From the NCBI GenBank assembly GCA_964230605.1, contig CAXRIN010000012.1, positions 1-54,586 of the forward strand: DNA of 54,586 nucleotides, read 5' to 3'. A program made the translations under genes and the position numbers. Within the stretch, counting starts at the first letter, position 1. Every line of letters begins with the position of its first letter. The notes below the pieces were generated by a model. The model saw only the letters and a program-made list of their open reading frames with translations. It did no database searches and was not told the DNA's origin. The stretch comes from Flavobacteriaceae bacterium (lineage in GTDB: Bacteria; Bacteroidota; Bacteroidia; Flavobacteriales_C; GCA-002722245). Below, one piece after another: positions 53,715 to 54,586 of the stretch.

Positions 53715-54452
53715 ATGAAAAAAACAATAACAAAATACCAACCCTTCCTCCTCATTGGAATCGCACTTGCTTTAGGTTTTCCAATCTTGAGTAAATTCTT
53801 CAAAATGAACTTTGAAGCCATTATTGGATTGATGTGTTTTCCTTTTGTGATTAGTTTTAAAAAGGAAACAAAATTCAAATTTAAATGGGCAATTGTTTCA
53901 GCATTGTTCTTGGTTCTATATGTACTTACAGGGATAATGACCGCCAATTATTTTGCTATTGGATTCCTAATATTTTTTCTTTTAGAAAACATTTGGGAAA
54001 GTGTTAATTGGCCTTCTCTAGCGCTTCTTTTTGCTGTTTCCCCATTTTTCAATTACATCATTAAAATATTGAGTTTCCCACTGCGAATTCAGTTAACAAA
54101 AGGAGCTGTTGCAGTACTAAGCGTAATTCATCCAGATTTAGAAGCACATGGAAATGTTATTCAAAATGGGGATGTTTGTTTCAGCGTTGATCCAGAGTGT
54201 ATGGGATTAAATTTGATTGTTTTTTCCCTTGGAATTGGTCTGGCAATTTTAGTCCATTTTGAAAAAGGAAAAGGTCACCTGTTGAACTTTTGGCGAACGC
54301 TATTTTTTATTGTTATACTGCTGCTTTTATCTATTCTTGGAAACTACTTTCGAATTATTTTAATCACGCTTTTTGAATCTAAACCAGAAACGTTGAGCCA
54401 TGAAATGATTGGAATATTTTGCTTAATTATCTACACAATAGTTCCCTTTTAA
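53715..54452 (+). CDS. Exosortase-family transpeptidase (short, XrtN-like)
   Basis: Polytopic membrane ORF with Cys (VDPECMGLN), Arg (LGNYFRIIL) and His (SHEMIG) in the order and TM context of the exosortase catalytic triad. The ATG at 53715 (MKKTITKY) is preferred, because the track start 53676 lies inside repeat copy D. Confidence 0.75.
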   Translation: MKKTITKYQPFLLIGIALALGFPILSKFFKMNFEAIIGLMCFPFVISFKKETKFKFKWAIVSALFLVLYVLTGIMTANYFAIGFLIFFLLENIWESVNWPSLALLFAVSPFFNYIIKILSFPLRIQLTKGAVAVLSVIHPDLEAHGNVIQNGDVCFSVDPECMGLNLIVFSLGIGLAILVHFEKGKGHLLNFWRTLFFIVILLLLSILGNYFRIILITLFESKPETLSHEMIGIFCLIIYTIVPF

Positions 54453-54586
54453 CCTGAGCTCGATTCTTATTAGCTTGAAATTCAGTAAATTATGTTGGTA
54501 AAAACTTGTTAGGAAATATGGTGATTTGCAGAAAAATAGCGATTTTTATTACTTCTAAACAAATGAAAATCAAATATTTAACATGC

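Noticed and set aside
53430-53947. Minus-strand ORFs 53430-53696 and 53687-53947, and the N-terminal extension (53676-53714) of the exosortase ORF.
   Set aside because: They overlap the VIT and exosortase genes in antisense, or run through the REP-like hairpin pair. The exosortase has a natural MKKTITKY start just after the repeat.
1-54586. Search for tRNA, rRNA, tmRNA, riboswitches, integrases/transposases, prophage or known defence-system genes.
   Set aside because: By eye, no cloverleaf-like or rRNA-like segment and no recognisable riboswitch core was found in the intergenic regions. No ORF showed recombinase, transposase, restriction-modification, Cas, toxin-antitoxin or phage structural signatures. 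A covariance-model scan (tRNAscan-SE/Infernal) would be needed to exclude small RNAs formally.

Overview
AT-rich Bacteroidota (Flavobacteriia-like) chromosomal segment. Supporting signs are T9SS C-terminal sorting domains, a TTTG-N19-TAnnTTTG promoter, no obvious Shine-Dalgarno sites, and a dcw cluster without murF/ddl.

Gene content by region:
- 1-15.8 kb, minus strand: complete dcw cluster mraZ-rsmH-ftsL-ftsI-murE-mraY-murD-[extra stand-alone MurD C-terminal-domain ORF]-[43-aa TM micro-ORF]-ftsW-murG-murC-ftsQ-ftsA-ftsZ. ftsZ runs off the left edge. A phased triple GTGGT repeat (candidate MraZ operator) lies upstream of mraZ.
- 16-36 kb, housekeeping: alpha/beta hydrolases, engB, trkH/trkA, an LD-carboxypeptidase, mfd, a LolE-like permease, rbfA, an exbB-membrane-exbD-exbD cluster, a methyltransferase, pgk, holB and a glycosyltransferase.
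- 36-48 kb: T9SS cargo proteins (one large BNR-propeller gene is split by a frameshift), an MltD-like transglycosylase, a DUF559 nuclease gene, a GbsR-regulated six-gene operon of membrane/DCC/DUF2071/SDR proteins, and a DksA-like gene.
- 48-54.5 kb: a small winged-helix regulon with two copies of a 19-bp palindrome, an EEP-family membrane protein, and a dedicated exosortase system (polytopic VIT-domain protein with a VPEP-TM-RRK tail, plus a short exosortase).

No rRNA, tRNA, CRISPR array, transposase, integrase or recognisable defence system was found.

Most interesting observations:
1. The DUF559 gene is bracketed by 48-bp structured inverted repeats, with a solo repeat 11 kb away (REPtron-like architecture).
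2. The XrtN-like exosortase/VIT pair.
3. The stand-alone MurD C-terminal-domain paralogue inside the dcw operon.
4. Several families of small palindromic intergenic repeats, some with compensatory stem changes.

All functional calls come from reading the translated ORFs against remembered family signatures. No database search was run.
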